Positions 49,797 through 60,037 of a stretch of 64,000 nucleotides of DNA are shown here, piece by piece. Origin of the DNA: Candidatus Obscuribacteraceae bacterium. GTDB lineage: Bacteria > Cyanobacteriota > Vampirovibrionia > Obscuribacterales > Obscuribacteraceae. A model generated the notes under the pieces. It ran no database searches and was not told where the DNA came from. It was given only the letters and a program-made list of their open reading frames with translations. Where the stretch lies: positions 671,116-735,115 of the forward strand of contig JBGAHS010000005.1 in NCBI GenBank assembly GCA_044226015.1. Reading direction: 5' to 3'. The position numbers were made by a program, and so were the translations under genes. How positions within the stretch are numbered: position 1 is the stretch's first letter; each line of letters begins with the position of its first letter.

Positions 49797-50462
49797 TTAG
49801 CCCTTGTTCTCGAGCCGCTTGCGAATTTCTTCGCGACGCTGCTTTTCGCGAGCCTCTTCGAGCTTGCGCTCCGTCTCATTGCCGCTGGCGTCTTCGAGGC
49901 GCGCCTTGGCGCGTTCCCAAGCCTTGTCGATTTCGTTGAACTCGGAGGTGATTTCCGAGCTGTCCTTGGCGAGATTGCGAGTCTCGTCGATGATCTTCGC
50001 CGTCGAGGTCAGCGTCGCGGTCGCTTTCGCGATCGCCTGCTTCGACTTCAGTTCGCCCTGAATCTTCTTCACCTCGGCCGCCGCCTTCGCCACGCCGAAG
50101 CGCAGAGTGTCGAAAGCCTTCTGGACCGTCTCGACCACCGTCTTCTGCAAGGCGACCGTTCTCTCCGCTTCGGCGACCTTGTCCAGCGCGTCATTGAGTT
50201 CGTCCTCGGTGACGCCCGGCTGTTTCGCCAGCAGCTTGTAGTCCGCTTCGGCAACGCCGACGTCGGACTGCAGGGCGCTGAGAACATCGTTCTCGTGATT
50301 GAGTTCGCCGCGCATGCTCGAGAGAGCGCGCTGGTTGGCGGTGAGCTCGGCGACGAGTTCGTTGATGCGCAGCTCGGCGCGTTCGGACGGCGTGCTGCCA
50401 GCCTTGCGGAACTTGTCCATCCAGATCTTGGCGAGGTCGATGATCGGGTCGATGATGCTCAT
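49797..50462 (-). CDS. PspA/IM30-like coiled-coil protein (soluble)
   Basis: 221 aa, IWMDKF..TPSERAELRI.., KSKQAIAKA, EEIRKRL. Confidence 0.65.
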   Translation of the reverse strand: MSIIDPIIDLAKIWMDKFRKAGSTPSERAELRINELVAELTANQRALSSMRGELNHENDVLSALQSDVGVAEADYKLLAKQPGVTEDELNDALDKVAEAERTVALQKTVVETVQKAFDTLRFGVAKAAAEVKKIQGELKSKQAIAKATATLTSTAKIIDETRNLAKDSSEITSEFNEIDKAWERAKARLEDASGNETERKLEEAREKQRREEIRKRLENKG

Positions 50463-50561
50463 TTGTCTTTCTCCATTTTTCAGCGCTCTTGCGCTATCGA
50501 TGTGTGTGCGGAAGCAGGGACTACTGGAGTCCCTGCTTGTAGACTGATATCAGATGCGGTG

Positions 50562-53500
50562 TCAGTAGTTGATGCCGCCGGCGCCACCGTCGCCGCCACC
50601 ATAACCACCGTCGCCGCCGTTGTTGCCGCCGAAACCACCGTTCTGGTTCTGACGTTCACGCTCCTGCCGTTCACGCTCCTGACGCTCGAATTCAAGGCGT
50701 TCGCGCTCCAGGCGCTCGCGCTCTTGCCTCTGGCGTTCCTCCTCCTGCCATTCAGCGATGAGTTCGGCGACCGCCGCAGCGAGCTGAGCGTTTGCCCAGG
50801 ACTCTGCACTGTCCGCCGCACTATCGGCATCTCGGCAATGTGCCAGAGCTGCTTCGTAGTCGCCGCTTGAGATATCACGAGCGACAGCGTTTGCGGCGCT
50901 GTATGCTCTGGACAGGTCAAGACTCAGCGGCAGGGAGAGCACTTGCACGCGACCGCCCCAGCTGACAGTCTGTGCGAAGTTACGAACCGCCAGCCCATGG
51001 ATACGTGAGTTCACGGAATCCAACGAATCTTGCGCCTGCCGCAGCAGACGCACGTCTTCGTTGGCGAGGCTTTCAGCAGCTTCGGCCTCGGACTTGAGCT
51101 GGTCGGCTCGCGTAGCAAGAGCCTTCCAGTCCGACTTCGGAGTGCTGAACTCATGCTCGAGGAGACCGAGATGAGTGCCGACCAGCTTGAGCGCAGTTCG
51201 CGCCCGCTCACGGACTCCGTTGCGATTCACCGCAGACTCCGCATGGGCGTCGGCGGATTTTGCAACATTGAGTCGCTGCACAGCGCTCTGATGCGCAAGC
51301 AACGAGGCTTCGATGGACTCGCCAATGCTCTTGAACTCAGCCTCTACGTGCTGAGCTAGAACAACGGCAGCCGGCCAATCGCTCATCTGCTCAGAGCAGA
51401 TTTTTTCCAGCTGAGCAAGCGGAGCTTGCGCAGTCTGGAACTGAGTGTCGACCGCCGCCGGAACGAAGAAAGTCTCTTTGCTCAGCCGAGTGCGCAAAGC
51501 ATCTGACTGCGCTTTGAGTTCTTGCAGTTTTGCTTTCGCAAGGCTGCGTTGATGCCGCAGATAAGCAAGGCGCTCGCTGATTTCAGCCAACCCCTTGCTG
51601 TCGCTGCCGACTTCTTCCTCGTTCTGGAAGAGCAGGTTCGCCGCGCCGATGAAGTCCTGGGCGAAGTAGAGATCGTGAATTCTGCCGAACTCGTTTTCGA
51701 CACGAGGACCATTGGTCTTCGCGCGTTCGAGTTTGGCAGCTTCGCCTTCGAAGCTCGCCGCCGGAAACTCGACAGTCAGAGACTGAAGAGATGCTTGTGC
51801 CCCCGGGATGGCGGCGGTCATCTGTCCGAGTTTCTGACGAAGTGCGCCGAGATTCTTTTCGACGAGCTTCTTCGCTTCGAAGGTGTTGAACACGATTTTC
51901 TTCGCGAGCTCGATGGCTTGATAAGCAGCATCACGCCATTTCGCCGCCTGCGAAAGGTCGCCCTTGCGCAGTGCCGAGAAGAGTTCATCGTCAGCTTTCC
52001 GAGCATCGGACAGTGCCACGTCCGGGTTCGACCCATCGGCGACGATGGTGAAGAACTTGCCATCGCCGGTGGGGTCGCCGTCCTTCGCTTCGGGGTAAGC
52101 GTAAGTCAGCGGCGTAGTGCGAGCCTCGGCGATCTGCGATTCGGCTTGGCCGATCTTCGCAGCGATATCCTCGCGCGTCTCGGCGATTTGCAGAGCGTCC
52201 TCTATTTTGCTCTTCAATTCGCCGGCTGCTGCTTCCACGATTTCCGTGTCGGACAGAGCCTCCAGCGGGTCGCCGTTGATGAGCGCCAGAGCGGCGTCGC
52301 GCTCCTTGCAGACCTCCTGGTATTTGGTCTGGTAAGGAGTGAAGTCCAGCCCTGCGGCTGTGAGTCGCAGCTTCAGCGCGTCGATGGCGCTGACCAGAGC
52401 TTCGATGTCCTTTCTGTTCTGCTCCGTTCCATCGAAGGCTGCCTTGATTTCGGCGAGCGCCGCTCTCGTGTTCTCGAAGAGCTCCTTCATGTCTGCCAGA
52501 ATCTCCGCCGGCGCCAGAAGCTGCTCTTCCACTGTGCCCTTAAAGAACTCGGCGTCATCGACGCTGAGCACTTTCTCGCCGACCGCGACCTGGCGCTCGG
52601 TGAGAATGAGGATGACCTCGTCGAAGGCATGAATGCTCGGCCAGTGAGCACCGTCGAATTCGGACTGCGCCGCGCTGAGAACACCGTCGGCAGCCAACTT
52701 CCGCGTCGTCAGCTTGGCGTACCAGGCGATAGCCGCAGCAAATCGCTTGGCCGTCTTGCCGTCGGGCGTGAAACGCTTCTGCCAGTTCTTCTGCTGCTTC
52801 AGGAAGCCGAGGTAGCCGTCCTGCAGTTCGCCGTACCAGTGGCCGGCGTTGAGGGTCTTTTCAGACCAATCAGCAAGAAGCGCTTGTGCTTCCTTCTTCC
52901 GGCGCTGATAGCGGACGGCGAGGAAAGCGAGCGTTCCAAGCAGAAGTGTAATCGGTGCACCGATGATGGTGACCGTCCGAATCTGCGCATACCGCGCTTC
53001 GGATTCCGCAGCTTCTTTCACCGCCGCCACACGCTCAGCTTCCTGGCGCTGCTGGAACGCTGCGCGGTCGCGAGCGATTTGTTTCTCGCCCTCGATGCGG
53101 TCGCGCTCAGCCTGCACCCTGTCCGACTTCACTTGCTCGACGCCGCTGTTCACGTTGCGCACGATTTGAAGAATGGCATTCTTCGGGTCGCGCGGCATGA
53201 ACTGGCGCAGTGCCGGAAACATCGGACCGTTGGGCGCACGCATTTTGCTTGCGCTGAAACCGAAGGACTGCAGCTTGTTGCCGGCGTAGCTGGCGAACGA
53301 ACCATGGATGGGATCGTTCTCCTGGCGCACCCAGACGATCATCAGATAATCGTCGTTGGAGAAGCCCGGAAGCCCAGACCAACGCGCCTGCAGATCGTTG
53401 GCGATTTCCTCGGAGATGACCTGCTTCGAGGGGAAGCTGCGTTGCGTAGCAACCACGAAAACTTGCAGGTGATTGGCGCGAGCAAGTTCCGCCAACTCGG

Positions 53501-53678
53501 TTTCCATGCCCTTGAAGTTGACCGGATGGTCCGAGGTCTTCAACGCCGGGTCGACCATCACGTGATTGTTCGGGTCGAACTTCGGCAGCCAGCCAGTCTC
53601 GGTCGCAAAGCTCGAGCTAAGCGACGCACCGAGGACGATGCTCAGAAGCACCAGCATTCTTGTGAGCCTAAAGAACAT
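50562..53678 (-). CDS. Large membrane protein: signal peptide, TPM-like domain, TM helix, long coiled-coil body, Gly-rich tail
   Basis: LQVFVVAT..LQARW..DDYLMIVW TPM-like pattern; GGFGGNNGGDGGYGGGDGGAGG end. Confidence 0.75.
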   Translation of the reverse strand: MFFRLTRMLVLLSIVLGASLSSSFATETGWLPKFDPNNHVMVDPALKTSDHPVNFKGMETELAELARANHLQVFVVATQRSFPSKQVISEEIANDLQARWSGLPGFSNDDYLMIVWVRQENDPIHGSFASYAGNKLQSFGFSASKMRAPNGPMFPALRQFMPRDPKNAILQIVRNVNSGVEQVKSDRVQAERDRIEGEKQIARDRAAFQQRQEAERVAAVKEAAESEARYAQIRTVTIIGAPITLLLGTLAFLAVRYQRRKKEAQALLADWSEKTLNAGHWYGELQDGYLGFLKQQKNWQKRFTPDGKTAKRFAAAIAWYAKLTTRKLAADGVLSAAQSEFDGAHWPSIHAFDEVILILTERQVAVGEKVLSVDDAEFFKGTVEEQLLAPAEILADMKELFENTRAALAEIKAAFDGTEQNRKDIEALVSAIDALKLRLTAAGLDFTPYQTKYQEVCKERDAALALINGDPLEALSDTEIVEAAAGELKSKIEDALQIAETREDIAAKIGQAESQIAEARTTPLTYAYPEAKDGDPTGDGKFFTIVADGSNPDVALSDARKADDELFSALRKGDLSQAAKWRDAAYQAIELAKKIVFNTFEAKKLVEKNLGALRQKLGQMTAAIPGAQASLQSLTVEFPAASFEGEAAKLERAKTNGPRVENEFGRIHDLYFAQDFIGAANLLFQNEEEVGSDSKGLAEISERLAYLRHQRSLAKAKLQELKAQSDALRTRLSKETFFVPAAVDTQFQTAQAPLAQLEKICSEQMSDWPAAVVLAQHVEAEFKSIGESIEASLLAHQSAVQRLNVAKSADAHAESAVNRNGVRERARTALKLVGTHLGLLEHEFSTPKSDWKALATRADQLKSEAEAAESLANEDVRLLRQAQDSLDSVNSRIHGLAVRNFAQTVSWGGRVQVLSLPLSLDLSRAYSAANAVARDISSGDYEAALAHCRDADSAADSAESWANAQLAAAVAELIAEWQEEERQRQERERLERERLEFERQERERQERERQNQNGGFGGNNGGDGGYGGGDGGAGGINY

Positions 53679-53767
53679 TCGTTGCTCCTTGTTCAGGATT
53701 GCGTTCGTTTACTTGAAGGGAAGTCGGGTGTGCTTCGCACCCGACTTCCGTATACTATTGCGCCGGC

Positions 53768-53956
53768 TTAGTTGCCCGACTGCGGAATCACCTCGACGGG
53801 CGCCGTCTGCTCGACCGGACCGGAGGACGCCGGCGCGGAAGGAGCCGCCATCGAGAGCTTCGCCTGATTGCCGACCCAGACGATCGCATTGCTGACCCAG
53901 AGGCTGCCAGCGACGACAGCGAGGACGAAGATGGCGATTTTCACGAACTTCTGCAT
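53768..53956 (-). CDS. Small single-TM protein (62 aa)
   Basis: AAGGAG RBS, MQKFVKIAIFVLAVV. Confidence 0.7.
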   Translation of the reverse strand: MQKFVKIAIFVLAVVAGSLWVSNAIVWVGNQAKLSMAAPSAPASSGPVEQTAPVEVIPQSGN

Positions 53957-54107
53957 TTGATTTTCTCCTTTTGTTGATACCGGTAGCGGTGCGCTACCAG
54001 TTGGAGTGTCGCGGAATGCGGCACTCTTCACTGAGGGCATTACCCGCAGAGAAGAGCGTCGCCGCAAGAGGCTGGCAAGTTCGAGACTCGCCAGCCAGAT
54101 TGCTTGA

Positions 54108-54470
54108 TTAACTGTTCCTTTGTCGCTTGATGCCGCTGACCACAGCCTGACCGCATACCATATATTGGAGCGCGAAGCCCGTATGGTAGAGGCAGAGAAA
54201 ACCCAGCACGGCCAGCGTGTAATATGGGTTCTTCTCAACGTGACCAATCAGAGCGCCGAGCGCGCCGGCGACGACCACGAGAACGAAGCTCTGCACGGCG
54301 GCCAGGGGAAGTCCTGCCAGAACCGACTGCGGAGTGTCGCCAGCCGCTTCCGCCATGTCGCTGTGCTGCACGTTCCAGACGAAGCGGGAAAAGACTCCGA
54401 GCACTATCGCCAGGATGCCCATGCAAACCGCAACATGCGGTATCAGATTCGGTGCTATGGAGAAGAGCAT
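54108..54470 (-). CDS. 3-TM membrane protein
   Basis: AAGGA RBS, hydrophobic segments. Confidence 0.7.
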   Translation of the reverse strand: MLFSIAPNLIPHVAVCMGILAIVLGVFSRFVWNVQHSDMAEAAGDTPQSVLAGLPLAAVQSFVLVVVAGALGALIGHVEKNPYYTLAVLGFLCLYHTGFALQYMVCGQAVVSGIKRQRNS

Positions 54471-54510
54471 TTTTGGATCCTTTTGTTTGTCGATTGCGTT
54501 TGAGCTGCCG

Positions 54511-54612
54511 CTAGCGAAAGTAGCTGAGAAGCTCCGTGAGAAGGAAGTAGCACAGGACACCGAAGATGGCGATGCCAGAGAAGATGACTACGACCTGATC
54601 TGTTGACTGCAT
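54511..54612 (-). CDS. 33-aa single-TM micropeptide
   Basis: AAGGAG RBS; MQSTDQVVVIFSGIAIFGVLCYFLLTELLSYFR. Confidence 0.65.
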   Translation of the reverse strand: MQSTDQVVVIFSGIAIFGVLCYFLLTELLSYFR

Positions 54613-54640
54613 TTGTTTTCTCCTTTTGCCGAAGCGCCTG

Positions 54641-54787
54641 CTACAAGGCGGCGCTCTTGCTGTTCGCTCTCGGGGGACGGAACATTTGTTTGATGAGGAA
54701 ATAGATCCTGACCCCAACGGCGGTGATAACGATGTAGGCGAGAAATGCCTCATCGACCGAACCAACCACTTTTTGTGCAGCGTTCAT
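54641..54787 (-). CDS. 48-aa single-TM micropeptide
   Basis: AAGGA RBS; MNAAQKVV..AFLAYIVITAVGVRIYFLI. Confidence 0.55.
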   Translation of the reverse strand: MNAAQKVVGSVDEAFLAYIVITAVGVRIYFLIKQMFRPPRANSKSAAL

Positions 54788-54893
54788 CAGATTTTCCTTT
54801 CCAAATCTTTTGATACTAGTTCCTAGAAGCCGCAGGATGGCGGCGCTCCCAGGCACGCTGTGCAAGCGAGTGGATTTACTCGCTTGCAGTGGA

Positions 54894-55214
54894 CTAGTCG
54901 CCCTGAAGTTCGCGCGCCTTGACGAAGATGCCCAGCGCGGTGGCGAAGGTGAATACCGTGAAAATTTTCAGGCCGAATTCGAACTGGGCCCCCAGGTGCA
55001 GACCGCCCAGATGGAAATAGCTGAGGTCAGACAGCACGTATGCCGCGATGCCGCCGATGACGAGCTGTATCGTCGTCGCAATCATGTAATGAGTCCAACG
55101 CCATTCCCTCCGCCCGCGCAGGCAATATCTCGCCCAGTTATAGCCGAGAAGTGCGGCGGTCCAGGCGAGCAAAGTCTGAATGAGTTCCGGGTGATTGTTG
55201 GCGAATTCGATCAT
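54894..55214 (-). CDS. 3-TM membrane protein
   Basis: AAGGA RBS before MIEFANN. Confidence 0.7.
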   Translation of the reverse strand: MIEFANNHPELIQTLLAWTAALLGYNWARYCLRGRREWRWTHYMIATTIQLVIGGIAAYVLSDLSYFHLGGLHLGAQFEFGLKIFTVFTFATALGIFVKARELQGD

Positions 55215-55290
55215 GTCTTTCCTTTCTGCGTTTTGCTGGGTTGGCGGAACCCCGGTCTCAATTTTCATCGAGACCGGAGCGATGACGACC

Positions 55291-55833
55291 TTACTTGTTC
55301 AGGTCGACGCCGAGATTGTCGAACGCATGCAGAGCCATGCCGACGATGGCTTTGCTGTCGAGATTGCCGCGCTGCATTTCCTCGACGCCCGGCGCTTGCG
55401 CGTTGGGGCCGTTCTTCACGATGAAGACCGGGTAGGCGAGCTCATTGCATTCCGCCTCCTTCTTGCTGGAGTCCTTGAGGCAGACCGCCTTGTCGCCGGC
55501 ATCCCATTCCCGCGAAAGTTCGGGAAGGTTGGCGGCAAGCGACCAGCTGAACTTCAGCGTCGTGGACTTCTGCCTGGCCGCCGCGGCAGCAGCCTTGGTG
55601 AAGTCCGGGTCGGACTCGGCGGACTTCAGCGCCTGCTCGGTCGCCTTGCATTCGGTGGCGTCCTTGCAGATGACCAGAATGACCGGACCGTTGTAGTCGA
55701 GGACCTGCGTGTCGAGCAGATCGGGATTGCGAATCTCCAGCGGCTGCGCATAGGCAGCGGTCGCCGCCACGAAAGGAGAACCGATCGCGGCGAGCAGGAG
55801 AGCACCAGCGATGGTGCGAAGTTTCGATTTCAT
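55291..55833 (-). CDS. Secreted thioredoxin-fold-like protein
   Basis: Signal peptide; VLDYNGPVILVIC..C..YPVFIVKNG; non-canonical Cys spacing. Confidence 0.6.
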   Translation of the reverse strand: MKSKLRTIAGALLLAAIGSPFVAATAAYAQPLEIRNPDLLDTQVLDYNGPVILVICKDATECKATEQALKSAESDPDFTKAAAAAARQKSTTLKFSWSLAANLPELSREWDAGDKAVCLKDSSKKEAECNELAYPVFIVKNGPNAQAPGVEEMQRGNLDSKAIVGMALHAFDNLGVDLNK

Positions 55834-55898
55834 GTTTGACTCCTTTGTTAGCTTGCTTTTGCAAGCGATTGATGATTCAGAAGCTAGCGCTTCGTCTT

Positions 55899-56987
55899 CT
55901 ACTTGGCGAAAGTAGGCTCGATGCCGACTTCCCGCCAGGCCATCAGCAGAGTGTCGATGTGCTTCTTGCTGTCGAGCGCATCGCAGGCGTTGATGGTATT
56001 GCCAGCGAAACTGGCGAACGTTGCACGCTTTTCAGCATGGTTTCGCGCGTGATACCAGATGTGTTGCATCTGGTCCCAGGAGAAGCCGCCGATCTTCATG
56101 CATGCCAGCGCAAAGGCTCGGTTGCAAATCCCGTTGTTGATGTGCGCGCCGCCGTTGTCTTCGCCGGTTTGCACATAGTCGCGCATGTGAGCCGGCTGCC
56201 GGTCCTTCCCGATTTTCGGGTCGTCGAACGCCGTGCCAGGGTTCAGCATGTGGCGAAGCCCGACGCTGTTGATGCCGGCTCGATGTATGCCGCGCACAGC
56301 AATCCAATGGTATTTCTCCACCGGAATGGCTGCCCGTCGCATTTCGATGATGGCGGCGAAGGCGTCCGACACGTGTTCGTTGAGCGTGGCCGATTCCCCC
56401 CAGGGGAAGAAATCAACTTCGGACCGAGTGACACCATGAGTGAATTCATGGCCGGCGACGAAAGGATGGACGAAGGTGTTGAAGAAATTTCCATCACCAC
56501 TTCCGTAAGTCATCTGGTCGCCATCGAAGAATGCGCTGTTGAACGCATTCGGAGGGTCGGCGCGGAAGTGTACGCGCGACACAAGTGTCATGCCCTGGTC
56601 GTCGATGGAGATGCGACCGTGCACGGCTTTGTAATACTCGTGCACGAGACCTGCAAGTTCGTAGGCCTCGTCGATGTCGAAGTCGCCATAGGGGCGAGAC
56701 CCCTCGCTGCGAACCTCGAAACCCTGCCCGTTGCTCTCGTGCGCATCCCAGATTTCTCGCCTCAGTTCGCGTCCGGTGATTCTGGGGCTGAGTCCGTGAG
56801 CTGCAGTTCGAGCCGCTTGAGCTTCTTCCATCAAGCGTTGCGTGCTCGCGATGGTAGTTGCCGCAGCTGCTTTGACCTCGGGGTCAGGGCTTCGGCTCCC
56901 AATTTCGCGGAGCATGTAACCCGGAATTATGCCTCCTCGGCATTCCTTCAGAGTCTGATCCGCGACTTCCTTTTTTCCATTACTCAT
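55899..56987 (-). CDS. M4 metallopeptidase, protealysin-like (copy 2)
   Basis: IIPGYML propeptide, HEFTH, LNEHVSD, DNGGAHINNGI. Confidence 0.9.
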   Translation of the reverse strand: MSNGKKEVADQTLKECRGGIIPGYMLREIGSRSPDPEVKAAAATTIASTQRLMEEAQAARTAAHGLSPRITGRELRREIWDAHESNGQGFEVRSEGSRPYGDFDIDEAYELAGLVHEYYKAVHGRISIDDQGMTLVSRVHFRADPPNAFNSAFFDGDQMTYGSGDGNFFNTFVHPFVAGHEFTHGVTRSEVDFFPWGESATLNEHVSDAFAAIIEMRRAAIPVEKYHWIAVRGIHRAGINSVGLRHMLNPGTAFDDPKIGKDRQPAHMRDYVQTGEDNGGAHINNGICNRAFALACMKIGGFSWDQMQHIWYHARNHAEKRATFASFAGNTINACDALDSKKHIDTLLMAWREVGIEPTFAK

Positions 56988-57053
56988 GAATTTTTCCTTT
57001 CTGTCTTCTATGGGAGGGCGCAATTAGCTGCGCCCCCCCGTGTTAGAGCTGCC

Positions 57054-57701
57054 CTAGTTGAGATCGGCGAGCAGCTGAGGTGTAGCCAGGACACCAAGCG
57101 ACATGCCGAACTGCAAGGCTTCGCTCGGCTTCATCGAGCTTTCCTTGACCTTGCTTGCCTCGACGACGACGATAAATCCGCTCGTCGGATTCGGCATGTG
57201 GGGGACGAACAGCACATAATGCTTGGGCTTGCCGGCTTCCTCCAGTTCGCTTGTGACGAACGCCAGGGTGTTTATGCCTGTCGTCGGCCATTCGATGAAG
57301 ACCACCTTCTGAAAGCGATTTTTGTTCGACTCACCCAGCGTGTTGAGCAGTTTACGCGCAGCTGCATAGACAACGCGCAATATCGGCACGCGCAAGCAAA
57401 GCGTGTCGATATTTTTCAGCAACACCTTTCCAATCGCGAAGTCCGCGATCAGTCCAAGCAGCGACAGAGTCACCGCCGCTAGTATCGCACTCAGCCCGGG
57501 CACATGGCCGTTGCTGAAATGTCCTTGCACCGCCTGCGGTAGCAACATTCTCGCCATCCATGCACTGACATCGCCAACCATCGAATTCTCGATGAAGTTG
57601 TAGCCCATGCCGATGACGATGAAGCTGACGCAAAGCGGTGCGATGACAAAGAGCCCGCCAACGATGAGTCTTCGCAGGCGGTCCATGAGTTTTTCATTCA
57701 T
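57054..57701 (-). CDS. DUF502 membrane protein
   Basis: RVPILRVVY, FQKVVFIEWP, FVPHMPNPTSGF, SLG. Confidence 0.9.
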   Translation of the reverse strand: MNEKLMDRLRRLIVGGLFVIAPLCVSFIVIGMGYNFIENSMVGDVSAWMARMLLPQAVQGHFSNGHVPGLSAILAAVTLSLLGLIADFAIGKVLLKNIDTLCLRVPILRVVYAAARKLLNTLGESNKNRFQKVVFIEWPTTGINTLAFVTSELEEAGKPKHYVLFVPHMPNPTSGFIVVVEASKVKESSMKPSEALQFGMSLGVLATPQLLADLN

Positions 57702-57735
57702 GTAATCGTCCTTTCTTGTATAACTGGTGCGGAAC

Positions 57736-59541
57736 TCACTCCTTGTTTTCAGAGTGATCGAGACCGAGCCGAGACAACAACGTGTCAACGCTGCGCCAGA
57801 AGGTCGGCTTGTAATCGTGGGCTTCGAGCAAACGAGTGCTGCCGTCGCTTTCGATTTCGAGGATCCAACTGGCGTATTTCACCAGGTCGGGTCCGTTGCC
57901 GGCGATGAAGAAGTTGATGCCGAGAGTCTTGATCAGTGAGATCAACAGCTTCTCGTTCTCCGGCTCCATGGCATTGGCCGCTTCGTCGATGAGTACGAAT
58001 TTCGGCTTCTTGTTGATGATGCGAGCGATTGCCAGTCGCTGCTGTTTGGAATCCGAGAGCAGTTCCGCGAAATTGTATTCGCGGTCGAGTTCCAGATTCA
58101 ACTTGTCGCTGGCGAGAAGTTCAGACAAATCGACCAGCTGCAAGATTTCCCGAATGCGAGCGTCGCTCGTCGTCGTTTCGTCGACCGAGGGGTAGCTCAG
58201 AGCCGTGCGCAACGACATCGGTTGCATGAACGGCTTCTGACTGATGGTCATCACGTCGCGGCGAGCCGGACGAGAAACCTTGCCGCTTCCCCACGGCCAC
58301 ACCGAGATGAACGACTGCAGCAGTGCTGCCTTCGCCGTCGCCTGAGGACCACGAATCAGAACGCCCTGACCAGGCTCGAGAGCCTGATGAAAGGTCAGGT
58401 CTTTGACCAGGGTGCTGCCATCGGCTGCGCTCACAGTCAAGCCATCGCAGGTGATGGCATTGCTGCCCTCAGAGACTTCGATGAACTGACCTGCCGGAAT
58501 CGGATTCGCCTTCTGTTCTTGCAGAAACTCCAGCAGAGTGCCGAGTCGATTACACAGCGCCGAGAGCAGCTTGAGAGCGTTCGTTTGTCCGACAAAAACC
58601 GCCATCCCGACGAACATCGAGTTGAAGGTGTTTTGCGCCTTTGCAATGGAAGCGAAGTCGAGACTCGGGTTGGCGAGATAGAGCGCACCCATGATAGCCA
58701 GCGGCAGCAGAGGTGCCAGCGGATAATACAGAGCGGTGAAGCACTGCATATTACGGTTGACGAGCATGATGCTCATCGCCGTTTCCACGACATTCTTCTG
58801 TCGGTCGCCCGCCAGCTTAAGCACAATTTCTTGCGCTCGATAGGAGGCGATCGTTCCGGCCTGGTTGCGTGACTCTGTCAGTCCAGCCCGCAGACTGCCC
58901 TCGCTCTTCTGCATCTTTTCATTCAGGGCTGTCAGAGATTTTGTGATGAACGCCGCAATCACCGAACCTCCCAGCGCGTAGGCCACATTGAGCAGCGTCA
59001 GCTTCGGCGAAATCTGATAGAGCACCGCCGCCATCGTGCCAACCGTGATGATGGCGTCGAGAAAGGCGAAGAAGACCGCAATCAGATTGTCCGTGAGAGA
59101 CGCGACTTCAGAGGTCATACGCCATTCGGGGTTGTCGATGCGCTGCTCTTCCGGCAGCGTTGCGTTGCTTTGTTCCAGGCGCAGTGCAGCCATTCCGGCG
59201 AAATACGAGGCGAAGAACTCATTGCTGAGATACTGCCGCCAGTTGATTCCGAGAATGGTCTTGCACATATTGCCTATGACCTCACAGGGCATAAGCAATC
59301 CGACAAGGGCAAAGTTGAGCGCCAGATAGAGCCAGAAGCTGCTCTCACTGCCGTTCTTCAGCGCGCCCCAAACATTGCCGTTCACGTCATTGACGTAGAC
59401 CGTAAGGGCAACCTTCGAGACGACGCAAATGACCGCAATCAGCAGAAGTCGCAGACCCGTATTACGGTTTTGCGACGTCCAGTATGGTGCAGCCACCGAG
59501 TAGAGGCGCTTCCAGGGGAAGCTCTGTAGCTTGGTAAACAT
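57736..59541 (-). CDS. ABCD/YddA-type ABC transporter (TMD+NBD) with degenerate ATPase motifs
   Basis: IDNPEWRM, WPWGSG, QKPFM..SLR..LSYP, QQRLAIAR, VLIDEA. Confidence 0.85.
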   Translation of the reverse strand: MFTKLQSFPWKRLYSVAAPYWTSQNRNTGLRLLLIAVICVVSKVALTVYVNDVNGNVWGALKNGSESSFWLYLALNFALVGLLMPCEVIGNMCKTILGINWRQYLSNEFFASYFAGMAALRLEQSNATLPEEQRIDNPEWRMTSEVASLTDNLIAVFFAFLDAIITVGTMAAVLYQISPKLTLLNVAYALGGSVIAAFITKSLTALNEKMQKSEGSLRAGLTESRNQAGTIASYRAQEIVLKLAGDRQKNVVETAMSIMLVNRNMQCFTALYYPLAPLLPLAIMGALYLANPSLDFASIAKAQNTFNSMFVGMAVFVGQTNALKLLSALCNRLGTLLEFLQEQKANPIPAGQFIEVSEGSNAITCDGLTVSAADGSTLVKDLTFHQALEPGQGVLIRGPQATAKAALLQSFISVWPWGSGKVSRPARRDVMTISQKPFMQPMSLRTALSYPSVDETTTSDARIREILQLVDLSELLASDKLNLELDREYNFAELLSDSKQQRLAIARIINKKPKFVLIDEAANAMEPENEKLLISLIKTLGINFFIAGNGPDLVKYASWILEIESDGSTRLLEAHDYKPTFWRSVDTLLSRLGLDHSENKE

Positions 59542-59633
59542 CTGTACTCCTTGTGCAGTTGTCCGGTGTCGAAGCAAGATGCCTCGACACCGTCATTCAT
59601 GCAGCGGAGCCGTGGCTCAGCGCGTTGCTTGCA

Positions 59634-59909
59634 TCAGCGCTCGCCGACCTTGGTGAAAGCCGCAGCGACCACGCCGAACAAAATCAGGCCGATGACGCCG
59701 AAGAACATGCTGTGGAAGAGCAACCCGATGAGGCCGACAATGACCGCGATGATGCCGCCGAAGACGGCGACATAGGCGTAACCGATGCCCTCGTCGGCGA
59801 CGCGAATCGGTGCTCGCATCCAAACCAGCAGGCACCAGAAATAGCTCACGACGAAGCTGCCGATGAGAATGGCCAGGTTCGTGTTGGAGAGGTCGAATGT
59901 TACGTGCAT
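59634..59909 (-). CDS. Small 3-TM protein
   Basis: AAGGA RBS, hydrophobic. Confidence 0.7.
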   Translation of the reverse strand: MHVTFDLSNTNLAILIGSFVVSYFWCLLVWMRAPIRVADEGIGYAYVAVFGGIIAVIVGLIGLLFHSMFFGVIGLILFGVVAAAFTKVGER

Positions 59910-60037
59910 TTGTTTTCCTTTCTGTCTGTGTCAGATTTTTGAATTGCGACTATGTCGCGTTGGAGTTGACTTTTCGCCATAGCGAAAAGGAGGGCGATTG
60001 CTCGTCCTCCCTTATCTTGAGTCCTCTTTTTTCGGAC

